DNA from: Acidobacteriota bacterium
GTDB taxonomy: Bacteria; Acidobacteriota; UBA6911
Direction of reading: 5' to 3'
Length of the DNA: 64,000 bases
NCBI GenBank assembly: GCA_963664705.1
Contig: OY761556.1
Location: 1,856,001 to 1,920,000, forward strand
Shown piece after piece: positions 28,218-37,347 of the stretch; positions within the stretch are counted from its first letter, which is position 1; every line of letters begins with the position of its first letter. The translations under genes were made by a program, and so were the position numbers. The notes beneath the pieces were generated by a model. The model worked only from the letters and a program-made list of their open reading frames with translations. It did no database searches and had not been told where the DNA came from.

Positions 28218-29216
28218 CTAGCCGGCATTCAGCAGGATGTCCATCACCGTTAAGGATTCGGCAAGAACCGGAACCGGGGATGATTCCAGGCCCGCTGCCA
28301 TTCGCAAAGTTTGCCGGGTTATTTCCACATATCCTTCCAGCCAACCCAAGCCGTGGAACGGAGAGGAGCCGCTGGATTCGTTCGGACCCTGGCGTCGAAT
28401 AATGGTGGTCCGGTTTCCAACCCCATATTCGATTTCATCCGGCTGGAGAAACCTCCAGGTAGCAGCTCCTTTGGTTCCTATGACCGTGTATTCGAAGTTG
28501 TTGGAAGCCCCGTGGACAGTCTTGGAAATGGAAGCCATTGCACGTCTGTCGCCGGAGAATCTCAGAAGCAGGTGCACATGCGTATCGCGATAGGATGCCG
28601 GTGAATTTTGGTAGGAAACCCAGCATTTAGTTTCCGTGGGCTTCTCTGCCATCAGATGCAGGCACATATCCACGACATGACTGCCCAGGTCGGTCAGAGT
28701 GTCGGATGGACCGCTCAGCTTTTGATCATTCTTCCATGCGCGTTTTTCGGGCGCGGCACTCAGCGCAGCCTGGGCACTGGATGACTGCCAATACCTGCAT
28801 TCGAAGCTAAAGACATCGCCGAGTTGACCGGAATCTATCATTTCCTTGATGGTCTTTGTGCCCCACATAGCCCTGTAGCCATGAAAAACGGTTACCGGAG
28901 CGTCGATGCTTTGAAGCAGCGGAATCTCCTCCGGTCTGACGCACACGGGTTTGTCGGCAGCGATGGCGCTAAACTTCGCCTGCGCCGCTTCGACAATCCG
29001 TTGCGCGTGGAGTCCGCTGGGATTGGCAATAAACGCCACATCCACCGATTGGCCGGAGCGGCAGGCTTCGAGAGACTCCTCGCGGTTTATCAGTTGCACT
29101 GGAAGAATGTTCAGTTCCGGATCCATCTGAGAAACAATGGACAAGCTCTTCAGTATTGCCTGTCCTGCCATGCCTCGCCCGATAACAATGGGAGTGATCG
29201 CAATTTTTGCCGTCAT
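28218..29216 (-). CDS. Gfo/Idh/MocA family NAD(P)-dependent oxidoreductase
   Basis: IG.GMAG, IANP..LH, DKPV, G.LGDV and DLGSH.VD motifs. Confidence 0.85.
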   Translation of the reverse strand: MTAKIAITPIVIGRGMAGQAILKSLSIVSQMDPELNILPVQLINREESLEACRSGQSVDVAFIANPSGLHAQRIVEAAQAKFSAIAADKPVCVRPEEIPLLQSIDAPVTVFHGYRAMWGTKTIKEMIDSGQLGDVFSFECRYWQSSSAQAALSAAPEKRAWKNDQKLSGPSDTLTDLGSHVVDMCLHLMAEKPTETKCWVSYQNSPASYRDTHVHLLLRFSGDRRAMASISKTVHGASNNFEYTVIGTKGAATWRFLQPDEIEYGVGNRTTIIRRQGPNESSGSSPFHGLGWLEGYVEITRQTLRMAAGLESSPVPVLAESLTVMDILLNAG

Positions 29217-29237
29217 GCATTTCCTTTCCGCGGGTGG

Positions 29238-32200
29238 CTATTCCGAATGCAAAGCCGCAATAAGTGGGGTTCGAAGCGCTGCAATGACCGCAACAAGGGA
29301 AGATAGAAGCCCGACGATCAATACGGACAGGATCATCAGTCCCGAAACGGTCAATGGAATCGAGGTTCCCCGTGTCTGAAGCGCAGGAATAACCGCCAGG
29401 AGCGCGCACCCGGAGCCTGCAGCCAGGCTCCAGAACAATAAAACCACATTCTCAAAGAGGATAATTCCGGCCAGGACTCTATGGGAGAATCCGGTGGCGC
29501 GCAAAAGAGCCAATTCCTTTCTGCGCTCCAGAATATTGCGAAGAAGGATGGCGGCCAACCCTGCCGTTCCGAGAATGAGTCCTAACGCGCCAAGAGACTG
29601 AAAGGTGGATAAATATGTATTTTCGACGCGGTGGTAAGCGGCGAGACGTTCCTGCGTCGAATCCACACTCACGCCCCAATCGGAAAGGGCTTCCTGCACC
29701 GGCTTCCTTAGATTCGCTGCCTGGTTTTGGGGCAGGTCGAGTAAAAAGAAGCTATAGCCTTGATGCTCGGGGAATAGCTTCAAAAAAGATGCCTCAGCAA
29801 TAAGTACCTCTCCCTGGAATATGCTGTCCCGCAAGGCCGCGACCAGTCGAAGTCGAACGGCCTGCCCATTATCGCCACGTACTTCAATTTCGCTGCCGAG
29901 GGATCGATGAAGAATATATTGAATCGTGTTTGCATCGGCAATCGCCGGGATTACCGATGCGTCCTTCGATTTTTCGAGCAGCAGCCATGGATTTTTCTTT
30001 TCGGCCTCGTTATCCGCCAGTGAGCTCTGAAATGAAAAGCGGTCGGAGGTGATAAAGGAGTGCTGCGCGCCAAGAATCCTCAGCTCCTGGGGGGCATACA
30101 GATTCAGACAGCTCGCATCATCGCCGGGACGCTCGCGGAAAGGGATGAAATTCACATGGGTCTCGCCGGCCGCAGACAGTCCGATGGCTTCACGTCCCTC
30201 TTCTGTATTTGGATTGTGCACAATAGGAATGGCGGCCTCGGCCATTAGTGGAAATCCTCCCGTTCCTGACTGAGGAGACAGCTCAACCTCCTGCGGGTTT
30301 TGCCGAAATGCTTCCATGGAGATGATAATGAAGGTTGCTGAGGCGATGAGCGTTGCACAGACCAGGCTTCGGCCCGGCCGATAGGTAGCATTCCTGATGC
30401 CCAAGCGCGCGAAGGCGCGCCAGCCGGATCCATGGATCCACCCGGATCGCCTGCGCCGAAGATACAGCGCGGTCCAGCACAGGGAAGTAATAAGCCCGAG
30501 AAATCCGGAACCGAAAAAGCCTTCCATCTGTGGGATTATCCGGAGTGTCGAACCCGCCAGAAAGAGGATGGAGAACAGGGAGAATAGAATGGCCGTGACC
30601 CAAAGAGCTTTGGTGCTACGTGGGCGGGATCCGGCGGATTCCAGGATTCCGGAGAGCAGCGATCGAGGCGAATGATGACGCAAGCGCCGCAGCGTCCAAA
30701 GAACAGCACAAAGGGAGAACGCGATTCCTGAGGCAATTCCGGCCATTAAGCCGCCCCAGGAAAGGTGAAGCGAGATGCGCTGGGTACCAACCGCCCCAAC
30801 CCACCATGTGCGCAACCCGAACACCATGAGCCAACCATAAAGCAGTGATCCGGCAAGACCCAGCAGGCTGCCCAGAAGAGACAGGAATAGGCCTTCGGTC
30901 AGAAAAATCCTTCGAAGCACAGTGATCGGATACCCTGTGGCCCGAAGAATACCGATTTCCCTGGCTCGCTGTTCGATCATGAGTTTGAAAAACAGAGCCG
31001 ACAGGATGATGGCGGCAATAATCAGGAATGAGCTGAAATAGAGAAAATATTCGCCAAAGTCTGTCGATCCTCTGGATGCGTCCGCGCCCTGACGGCGGAT
31101 GTCGGCGACCGAAAAACCGCTTTGTTGCGGATCAAGTTTTTCAAGCAGAGCTTTTGCAAACTGCTGACGCTCCGTGTCCAGCATCGCGGCCTGCGGAATC
31201 GCTATTCGTATGGCGGTCAGCTTCCCAAAACGGTTACCCCACAGAACCTGTCCCTGTTGCAGCGGAATAAAGGCCTTGGGGGTTGCCCGATGCTGATTCC
31301 AGAAATCCTCATCCTCGCGTCTGATGCGGCTGAGGTCCAAAGGGAAGGGGGGATCCCACGCGCTGAGGCTTTTGGCTTCCGTTATGCCAGGGATTTGCGG
31401 TGCAAAGGATGAATCGATATTTTTGGAAAACGGTAGAATTCCAGCCAAGCGAAATCGTGTCGTTCGCGTGGAAAGCTGCCCTGATTCCAACCAGAGATAG
31501 TAGTCAACCTCGACCGCGCTTCCAGTCGACACTCCCAGGTCACGGGCCGCCCAATCCGTAAGCCAGATGGGCTTGAGTGAATTGGATGCGGATGAAAGAT
31601 CGGACGGTGGATTCGCCTCAAAGGTCAAAGAGCCCGGATCCGCCGCAGTGATCACCGAGTAGGGGATCTCACGATTGTTGGCCCGCAGAGAATTGGCAAG
31701 GTACGTGTATATGGGCGCGCATTGAATCCTGCGGGTTGAGGCGACTTCGAACGCGGATCGAGCGATCGCGTCATCCAAAACAATGCGATCGCTTTCAAGG
31801 GAGAACCCGTTGCCCTGCGGAAGGTTTTGAAGGCGAAGGCCGAGATCTGAAAGTGTGGATTGTGTTTTCAGGCTGTTAATAATTGCGGGCATTTCGGAGG
31901 GGAGATCCGTGGGCCGTCTTCCGTTTGCATGCTCAGGCCCGCTTCCGGCAAGCAGAATGGCATTTATACGGGAAAGTTGTGCGAGATCCTTTTGCATGCG
32001 GCGCAGAGGGACAAAAATGGAAAATACATTGCCCTGGCTGGGACGCAGGGAGAACTCCCCGAGCATGCCTTCAGATAGAATTTTTCCGCACTTCAGGCGA
32101 ATGGTTCTTCCGGCGGTATCGCGGCGGCCGTACAGCCACTCCTTCGGAATTGCCTGCTGGGTCTCCACCCGTAACAAAAGTCCATCGCCCGGGCGGAGTC

Positions 32201-32618
32201 CCAGCTGATTCGCCAGGGATTCCCCTACCAGGGCGGTCTGCCCGTCGGCTGATTCCGGGAGTGGCAATCCGTTCAATTTCCAGAAGCGCTCATCAATGCC
32301 ATAGACATTCACATTGTGTGCGCGGACCTGGGTTGCTTCCTGAGCCAGAACTCCCTTAAGAAATATGATTGGACTGGTATGGAAATTCGGGCCGAGCTTA
32401 TTGGCGAGATCTTCACCAAAAAAACTGGCGGATGAAACGATGTAGTCGACGGACCCGATCCTCTGGTATAGGAGTTGCCGCAGGCTGTCCCGAACGGACT
32501 GGCCTACAAGGAGGGCACCCGTGAGAACGGCCACTGCTACGGCGATGCCGAGAAGGATGGCAATATTTGTTCTCCAGAAAAAAACCAGGTTTCGCAAAAT
32601 CAGTTTTCTGGTTTTCAT
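29238..32618 (-). CDS. Large FtsX/MacB-type ABC transporter permease (two periplasmic and two FtsX modules)
   Basis: N-terminal LRNL...WR + TM; EQRAREIGILRATG and ERRKELALLRATG FtsX signatures; 1126 aa. Confidence 0.92.
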   Translation of the reverse strand: MKTRKLILRNLVFFWRTNIAILLGIAVAVAVLTGALLVGQSVRDSLRQLLYQRIGSVDYIVSSASFFGEDLANKLGPNFHTSPIIFLKGVLAQEATQVRAHNVNVYGIDERFWKLNGLPLPESADGQTALVGESLANQLGLRPGDGLLLRVETQQAIPKEWLYGRRDTAGRTIRLKCGKILSEGMLGEFSLRPSQGNVFSIFVPLRRMQKDLAQLSRINAILLAGSGPEHANGRRPTDLPSEMPAIINSLKTQSTLSDLGLRLQNLPQGNGFSLESDRIVLDDAIARSAFEVASTRRIQCAPIYTYLANSLRANNREIPYSVITAADPGSLTFEANPPSDLSSASNSLKPIWLTDWAARDLGVSTGSAVEVDYYLWLESGQLSTRTTRFRLAGILPFSKNIDSSFAPQIPGITEAKSLSAWDPPFPLDLSRIRREDEDFWNQHRATPKAFIPLQQGQVLWGNRFGKLTAIRIAIPQAAMLDTERQQFAKALLEKLDPQQSGFSVADIRRQGADASRGSTDFGEYFLYFSSFLIIAAIILSALFFKLMIEQRAREIGILRATGYPITVLRRIFLTEGLFLSLLGSLLGLAGSLLYGWLMVFGLRTWWVGAVGTQRISLHLSWGGLMAGIASGIAFSLCAVLWTLRRLRHHSPRSLLSGILESAGSRPRSTKALWVTAILFSLFSILFLAGSTLRIIPQMEGFFGSGFLGLITSLCWTALYLRRRRSGWIHGSGWRAFARLGIRNATYRPGRSLVCATLIASATFIIISMEAFRQNPQEVELSPQSGTGGFPLMAEAAIPIVHNPNTEEGREAIGLSAAGETHVNFIPFRERPGDDASCLNLYAPQELRILGAQHSFITSDRFSFQSSLADNEAEKKNPWLLLEKSKDASVIPAIADANTIQYILHRSLGSEIEVRGDNGQAVRLRLVAALRDSIFQGEVLIAEASFLKLFPEHQGYSFFLLDLPQNQAANLRKPVQEALSDWGVSVDSTQERLAAYHRVENTYLSTFQSLGALGLILGTAGLAAILLRNILERRKELALLRATGFSHRVLAGIILFENVVLLFWSLAAGSGCALLAVIPALQTRGTSIPLTVSGLMILSVLIVGLLSSLVAVIAALRTPLIAALHSE

Positions 32619-32651
32619 GTTTCATCCACGCGCATCGCGATCATAAGATGC

Positions 32652-33317
32652 CTAAACCCGGCAGATTTGAGTGTCCGCGAGTTTGTATTGGTTTTCAAAA
32701 CGGGAAGCGACTTCAAGGTTGTGCGTTACGACGATAAGTATGTTTTGCTGAGCTTTGTGAAGGTTGAGAATCAATGCGGATACGGTCGCCGTTGAAGCGC
32801 GATCCAGATTTCCTGTAGGTTCATCGCACAGCAGAAGGCGTGGTTGCATGATAAGCGCGCGCGCCAGTGCGACTCGTTGTCTTTCTCCCCCGGACAATTC
32901 CTGTGGATAGTGCCCGATTCGCTGGCTTAACCCTACCTGTTCGAGAAGATCCCTCGCGCGGGATTCGGCTGAGGCATCGGGCGGTGCTACCAGCGTGGGG
33001 ATGAGAACATTCTCAAGAACCGTGCATTGGGGGAGCAGGTGATGATCCTGAAAGACAAACCCGATCTTGCGGTTGCGATAGGCGGCAAGGTTCTTTTCAT
33101 CCATCTCATAAGGGTTTGCTCCATCCAGGCGCACGCAGCCGCTGCTGGGTGGCTCGAGGGCTCCGATTGCATATAGCAGCGTACTCTTGCCACTGCCCGA
33201 AGGACCTATAATGGAAAGAGATGCTCCCGAATCCAAATTCAGGTTTACTTCTGAAAGAACACGGAGCGTCTTTCCCCCGACAAAATATTCTTTTGAGAGC
33301 TTGACAACTTCGAGCAT
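32652..33317 (-). CDS. LolD/MacB-like ABC transporter ATP-binding protein
   Basis: [41 protein letters not shown] and VTH motifs. Confidence 0.96.
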   Translation of the reverse strand: MLEVVKLSKEYFVGGKTLRVLSEVNLNLDSGASLSIIGPSGSGKSTLLYAIGALEPPSSGCVRLDGANPYEMDEKNLAAYRNRKIGFVFQDHHLLPQCTVLENVLIPTLVAPPDASAESRARDLLEQVGLSQRIGHYPQELSGGERQRVALARALIMQPRLLLCDEPTGNLDRASTATVSALILNLHKAQQNILIVVTHNLEVASRFENQYKLADTQICRV

Positions 33318-33350
33318 TGAATCACCCAGGTTAACAATTGGACGCGGCTT

Positions 33351-34649
33351 CTACATAGCTGAGGCTGTTTCCTGTTTCAGGAGCGTGCGATACACGGCAA
33401 GCACAGATTCGGCCATTCGGGTGGCGCTATAGTGTTCGCGCACTCCCTGATACGCCCGGAGTCCGAGTTCTCTTCGTTTCTCCGGATTGTTGTAAAGCTC
33501 AAGAAATGCATGAGCAAGTTGCTCCGGGTTATCAGGCTCTACCAGAACGCCGCCTCCGGTAGTCTCGATCACCTCGGCAAAAGCTCCCTTGCGCGGCTGA
33601 ACCACCGGGATGCCGGCTGCCATGGCCTCGAGAAGATATAGACCTTTGGGATCGGCATAAAGCTCAGGAACGGAGAGGACGCTCAACTGATGAAGAAAAT
33701 CAACTTTCGCGCGACGATCGATTTCGCCGTGGTAATGAAAGTCCTCGGACAAGCCCCAGGCGTCCAGGTCTGCTCGAATACCTTCAAGGTAAGGCTTATG
33801 TTCCGGAGCCAGGTAACCGGCCGCGCTTAGCCTTCCTTCCGGGATACGGGCTCGGAGAATATGAAACGAGTCGCAAAGAAAGCGCAAACCTTTCTCCGGG
33901 CTGATGCGGGCAAGGTATCCAATGGTAAATTTCTCAGGCTCAGAGACGCGCGGCTCAAATCCTGCCAAATTGATTCCCAGGGGAACGACCCGAATGCGAT
34001 TCTGATCAATTCCCAACAACTCTGCCATGCTGCGAGCTCCATAATGGCTCACGGCAATGAAGGCGTCTACATGGGATGCATTCTCACGAATGATGCGAAT
34101 GGATTCGCTTCGATAGGGCTCTCGAAGCTCGCCTAGGAACAGATCTTCTCCCTGCAGGGTACAGCAGACCGGTACTTTCATTTCGGCCTTTATCGCGGGA
34201 GCAAGGGATATGAGCATCGAGTTTGGCAGATTGACAATCTCGGGCTTGATTTCGGAGGAGAGAAATCGAACCAATTTGATGATCTCTTTGCGGAGAGCGC
34301 CGTTGGCACCCCGCAGCATGGACACGGTCAACTGTCCAAGATCTGCCGGGTCTACGCTCAATCCCAATCGGGCCAACACGTGGAGAAGGGGCTTGAAATC
34401 AAAGAGCCGATCAAGAAAAGAGGGAGAGTTTCGGAAAAAGCCGAAATGCTGCTGCAGGTAGATATTAATGCCGCCGAGAAAAACGCGGGGCATGCTCACG
34501 TTTTCCTCATCCGTGCGAGTAGGCGTATACGTTGGGATGAGCAGGACATCCTCGCCCGCATCCAGAAGAGCTTTTGCCAGCGCGTTGTCGCGCAGGCAAC
34601 TGCCGCAATACATCCTTCCGGCTCCGGCGGTAATGCAGGCTATTCTCAT
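33351..34649 (-). CDS. Glycosyltransferase family 4 (GT-B) with N-terminal CGSC motif
   Basis: IGYLARISPEKGL, GLYLLEAMAAGIPVV and GVLVEPDN motifs; N-terminal GAGRMYCGSCLRD. Confidence 0.92.
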   Translation of the reverse strand: MRIACITAGAGRMYCGSCLRDNALAKALLDAGEDVLLIPTYTPTRTDEENVSMPRVFLGGINIYLQQHFGFFRNSPSFLDRLFDFKPLLHVLARLGLSVDPADLGQLTVSMLRGANGALRKEIIKLVRFLSSEIKPEIVNLPNSMLISLAPAIKAEMKVPVCCTLQGEDLFLGELREPYRSESIRIIRENASHVDAFIAVSHYGARSMAELLGIDQNRIRVVPLGINLAGFEPRVSEPEKFTIGYLARISPEKGLRFLCDSFHILRARIPEGRLSAAGYLAPEHKPYLEGIRADLDAWGLSEDFHYHGEIDRRAKVDFLHQLSVLSVPELYADPKGLYLLEAMAAGIPVVQPRKGAFAEVIETTGGGVLVEPDNPEQLAHAFLELYNNPEKRRELGLRAYQGVREHYSATRMAESVLAVYRTLLKQETASAM

Positions 34650-34655
34650 GTGTGT

Positions 34656-35786
34656 CTAGTTCCCAAAGCAGTAAAGGACTCCATCCTGAGATCCAATAAC
34701 CAACGATCCCGGAACTGCCGCCGGAGATGCGGAAAGCGGCGCGCCGGCTGTGAAGCTCCATGTTTTCTTCCCGGATAGAAGATCCAATTCATATAGCAGG
34801 CCGTCATTGGAGCCGACAAAAACGCGATTCCCGGAAACCAGCGGTGACGATTCAACACGAGCCTTTGTGAGAAAACCCCACAGCTCTTTTCCGGTCGTTC
34901 GGTCCAGGCAGTGAACCATTTTGTCACGGCCGCCAAGAATCACTCGCTCGGCGGTTACAGCCGCAGATGAGTAATAGGGAAAACTGCGCGTCGGATGCTT
35001 GTAGGTCCATTCCACTTTGTGTTGAGTCAAATCTATTCCAAGAACTTCGTTCGCGAAAGTTCCCACATAGGCCTCATTGCCATATATAGCCAGGGAAGCT
35101 CCCGTGTAGCCTCCAAGCTGCAATGTGTAGTTCTGCTGACCGGAAATAGCATCAATCGCCCTGAAGGTTTCATCGCAGCCGGAAATATAAACATTTTTCT
35201 TATCGATCGACGGGGTGCAGTGCACCGGCCCATCGGTGGAGTATTTCCAAAGCAAAGCCCCGGTTTCGGCAGAAAGGCAATAGAGGTTTTGATCGTAACT
35301 GCCGAAATACACGCGGTTGCCGACAGCATTTGGCGAAGATTTGATCTCCGCGCCCGCTTTAAACGTCCAGCGGGCTTTTCCGGTGGAAGCATCAACGGCA
35401 TGGAAGATGCCGTTGAGATCCCCAATGTATACCAGTCCGTTATGGATGCATGGTGAGGATTCCTGTATTCCCGCCGACGTCGGATAGCGCCACCGGAGTT
35501 TTCCGGTCGCAAGCTCGATGGCGTAAAGAGCGCCTTCCATCGTCCCAACAAAAACGCTGCCTCCGGCGATGCATGCCGAAGACTCGATGGAATCCTTGGC
35601 TTGAAAGCTCCAGCGAAGCTTCAGAGGAGACGGCAGGTCCATGTTACCGACGCCGGTAAGCGTCGAAGATCCACGGAACATCGGCCAATCGATATCTTTG
35701 TCCAGGGAAATGCCTATCCCTGCCACTAGGGCAAGTAGAGCAAAGAATCGGAGGGAGACAGCAGGGAACTGGCGCAATACATTCAT
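34656..35786 (-). CDS. Secreted PQQ-binding-like (BamB-like) beta-propeller protein
   Basis: DWPMFRG after a hydrophobic signal; eight very regular SSP..VY.G..DG..YA.D..TG...W blades; start uncertain (frame open to 35846). Confidence 0.88.
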   Translation of the reverse strand: MNVLRQFPAVSLRFFALLALVAGIGISLDKDIDWPMFRGSSTLTGVGNMDLPSPLKLRWSFQAKDSIESSACIAGGSVFVGTMEGALYAIELATGKLRWRYPTSAGIQESSPCIHNGLVYIGDLNGIFHAVDASTGKARWTFKAGAEIKSSPNAVGNRVYFGSYDQNLYCLSAETGALLWKYSTDGPVHCTPSIDKKNVYISGCDETFRAIDAISGQQNYTLQLGGYTGASLAIYGNEAYVGTFANEVLGIDLTQHKVEWTYKHPTRSFPYYSSAAVTAERVILGGRDKMVHCLDRTTGKELWGFLTKARVESSPLVSGNRVFVGSNDGLLYELDLLSGKKTWSFTAGAPLSASPAAVPGSLVIGSQDGVLYCFGN

Positions 35787-35835
35787 CCGATTGCGATGGC
35801 CTTTCTTTCCTTCGAGATTCGCCAATGCCATTTTG

Positions 35836-37251
35836 TCACTTTGCACTGATAGCGTAGAGTTCGTTGCGATTCATAATGTAGAGCACGCCATTAGCGGCAA
35901 CGGGGGTGCTATAGACAGCGCTGCCCATGTTGGTTTCAAAAAGCTTCTTGAGCTCTTTTCCGGTTTGGAACACAGCGACATCGCCGTCTTCGTCTCCGAG
36001 GTATACCCTGCCGTCAGCGACAAGGGGCGACCCCCAAATGGCCGCCAGCATGTCAAAATTCCAATAAGGCTTGCCGGTATTGGCATCGAGACAATGCAGA
36101 AAACCGCTGAAATCGGAAATGTACACAAGCCCGTCCGATACCGCCGCCGTGCTGATGGATCGACGAATCTTGTCGAACTGCCAGATGCGTCTACTCTCGG
36201 TAATATCCCCGCGCTTGGTTGGATCAATGGCATACATGTGACCGGTGCCCTCACCGTTTTCGGGATCCTGACCGACTGCAAGGAATACTTTCGAGTCGGA
36301 CAATACAGGCGTTGCAATAACGTAATTCCTGGTCTTCGGAAACACAGAGCCCTTAGGATTCAAATCGAAGCTCCAGAGCTTGTTTCCGGTCTTTGCATCG
36401 AAACCATACAGGATGCCATCGCCACCCGGAAAAAACGCCTGCAGCACGCCGCCAGCTTCGCCTACTGCAGCAGAAGCCCACTGCCCATGCAGAATATTTG
36501 CGCCAGGCGAGTTGTCCTGCCAGGCAACCTTCCCCGTGTTCTTGTCTACGGCAATAAAGCTGGGCGCTTTGGGCGCCGGCACCTTTTCATTGTTCTCATC
36601 CACACCATTTGAAGTCTCCAGATAAACCAGATCTCCGACAATGACTGGCGAGGAGTTGGACATGTTGTGTGGCATTACGCCCAATTCCTTCACCATATCC
36701 AGTTTCCAGATGATATCGGCGTCGGTCTGGCTCTTGTAGACTTCGTCCTGGAAGGGCCCGTCGTTTTTGCCATCCATAAAGCCCTCGGTATCCAGGCAAA
36801 CCAATTCTCCGCGGTTGGTAACGTAATAGACTCTCTTCCCCTCGACTGCGGGCGAGGAGCAGACTCCCTGTTCGGCCCAATCGTAGGCTGATTCCAGTTT
36901 GTCGCTGACAGCCTGCCAGAGGAACTTGCCGTCGGACTCGCGAAAACACATCAGGATTCCTTTGTCTCCGGCAATCGCTGGGTTTTTCGGATTTTCATTA
37001 TTCGTTCCAAGGAATATCTTTCCATCGGCAACGACCGGGTTGCCATACGATGTTCCCCCGATATCGGCTTTCCATTTAATGTTCTCTTTAGTTTTGGCGT
37101 TCCAGGAAGATGGCAGATTCCTGGCTTGAGACACCATATTGCGTTGCGGGCTTCCTCCCCACATGGGCCAGTCTTGAGAAATGAGAGGGAGGGCTGCAAG
37201 CCCGAGAATTATTCCGATAAGCCAGCGTTTGGGATGAGATGCGAAATTCAT
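35836..37251 (-). CDS. Secreted PQQ-binding-like beta-propeller protein
   Basis: Signal peptide then DWPMWGG.P.RN; GVCSSP, HN.SNSSP and HGQWAS motifs; D..TG..W repeats. Confidence 0.9.
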   Translation of the reverse strand: MNFASHPKRWLIGIILGLAALPLISQDWPMWGGSPQRNMVSQARNLPSSWNAKTKENIKWKADIGGTSYGNPVVADGKIFLGTNNENPKNPAIAGDKGILMCFRESDGKFLWQAVSDKLESAYDWAEQGVCSSPAVEGKRVYYVTNRGELVCLDTEGFMDGKNDGPFQDEVYKSQTDADIIWKLDMVKELGVMPHNMSNSSPVIVGDLVYLETSNGVDENNEKVPAPKAPSFIAVDKNTGKVAWQDNSPGANILHGQWASAAVGEAGGVLQAFFPGGDGILYGFDAKTGNKLWSFDLNPKGSVFPKTRNYVIATPVLSDSKVFLAVGQDPENGEGTGHMYAIDPTKRGDITESRRIWQFDKIRRSISTAAVSDGLVYISDFSGFLHCLDANTGKPYWNFDMLAAIWGSPLVADGRVYLGDEDGDVAVFQTGKELKKLFETNMGSAVYSTPVAANGVLYIMNRNELYAISAK

Positions 37252-37347
37252 AGCCACACCCTTTACATTTGGGAAACTCAATCTCCAGTATTCATTCTAT
37301 CGCATGCGGGATGGATGTGCCGCTTTTCCATGCGCAGTCATGGGTTG

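Noticed and set aside
35641-36612. 323-aa plus-strand ORF
   Set aside because: Antisense shadow of the PQQ-like propeller genes.
19969-37251. Calling the propellers bamB or PQQ alcohol/glucose dehydrogenases
   Set aside because: No lipobox Cys or bam/der context; they are shorter than typical quinoprotein dehydrogenases and lack their vicinal Cys-Cys, so only the fold-level call is supported.
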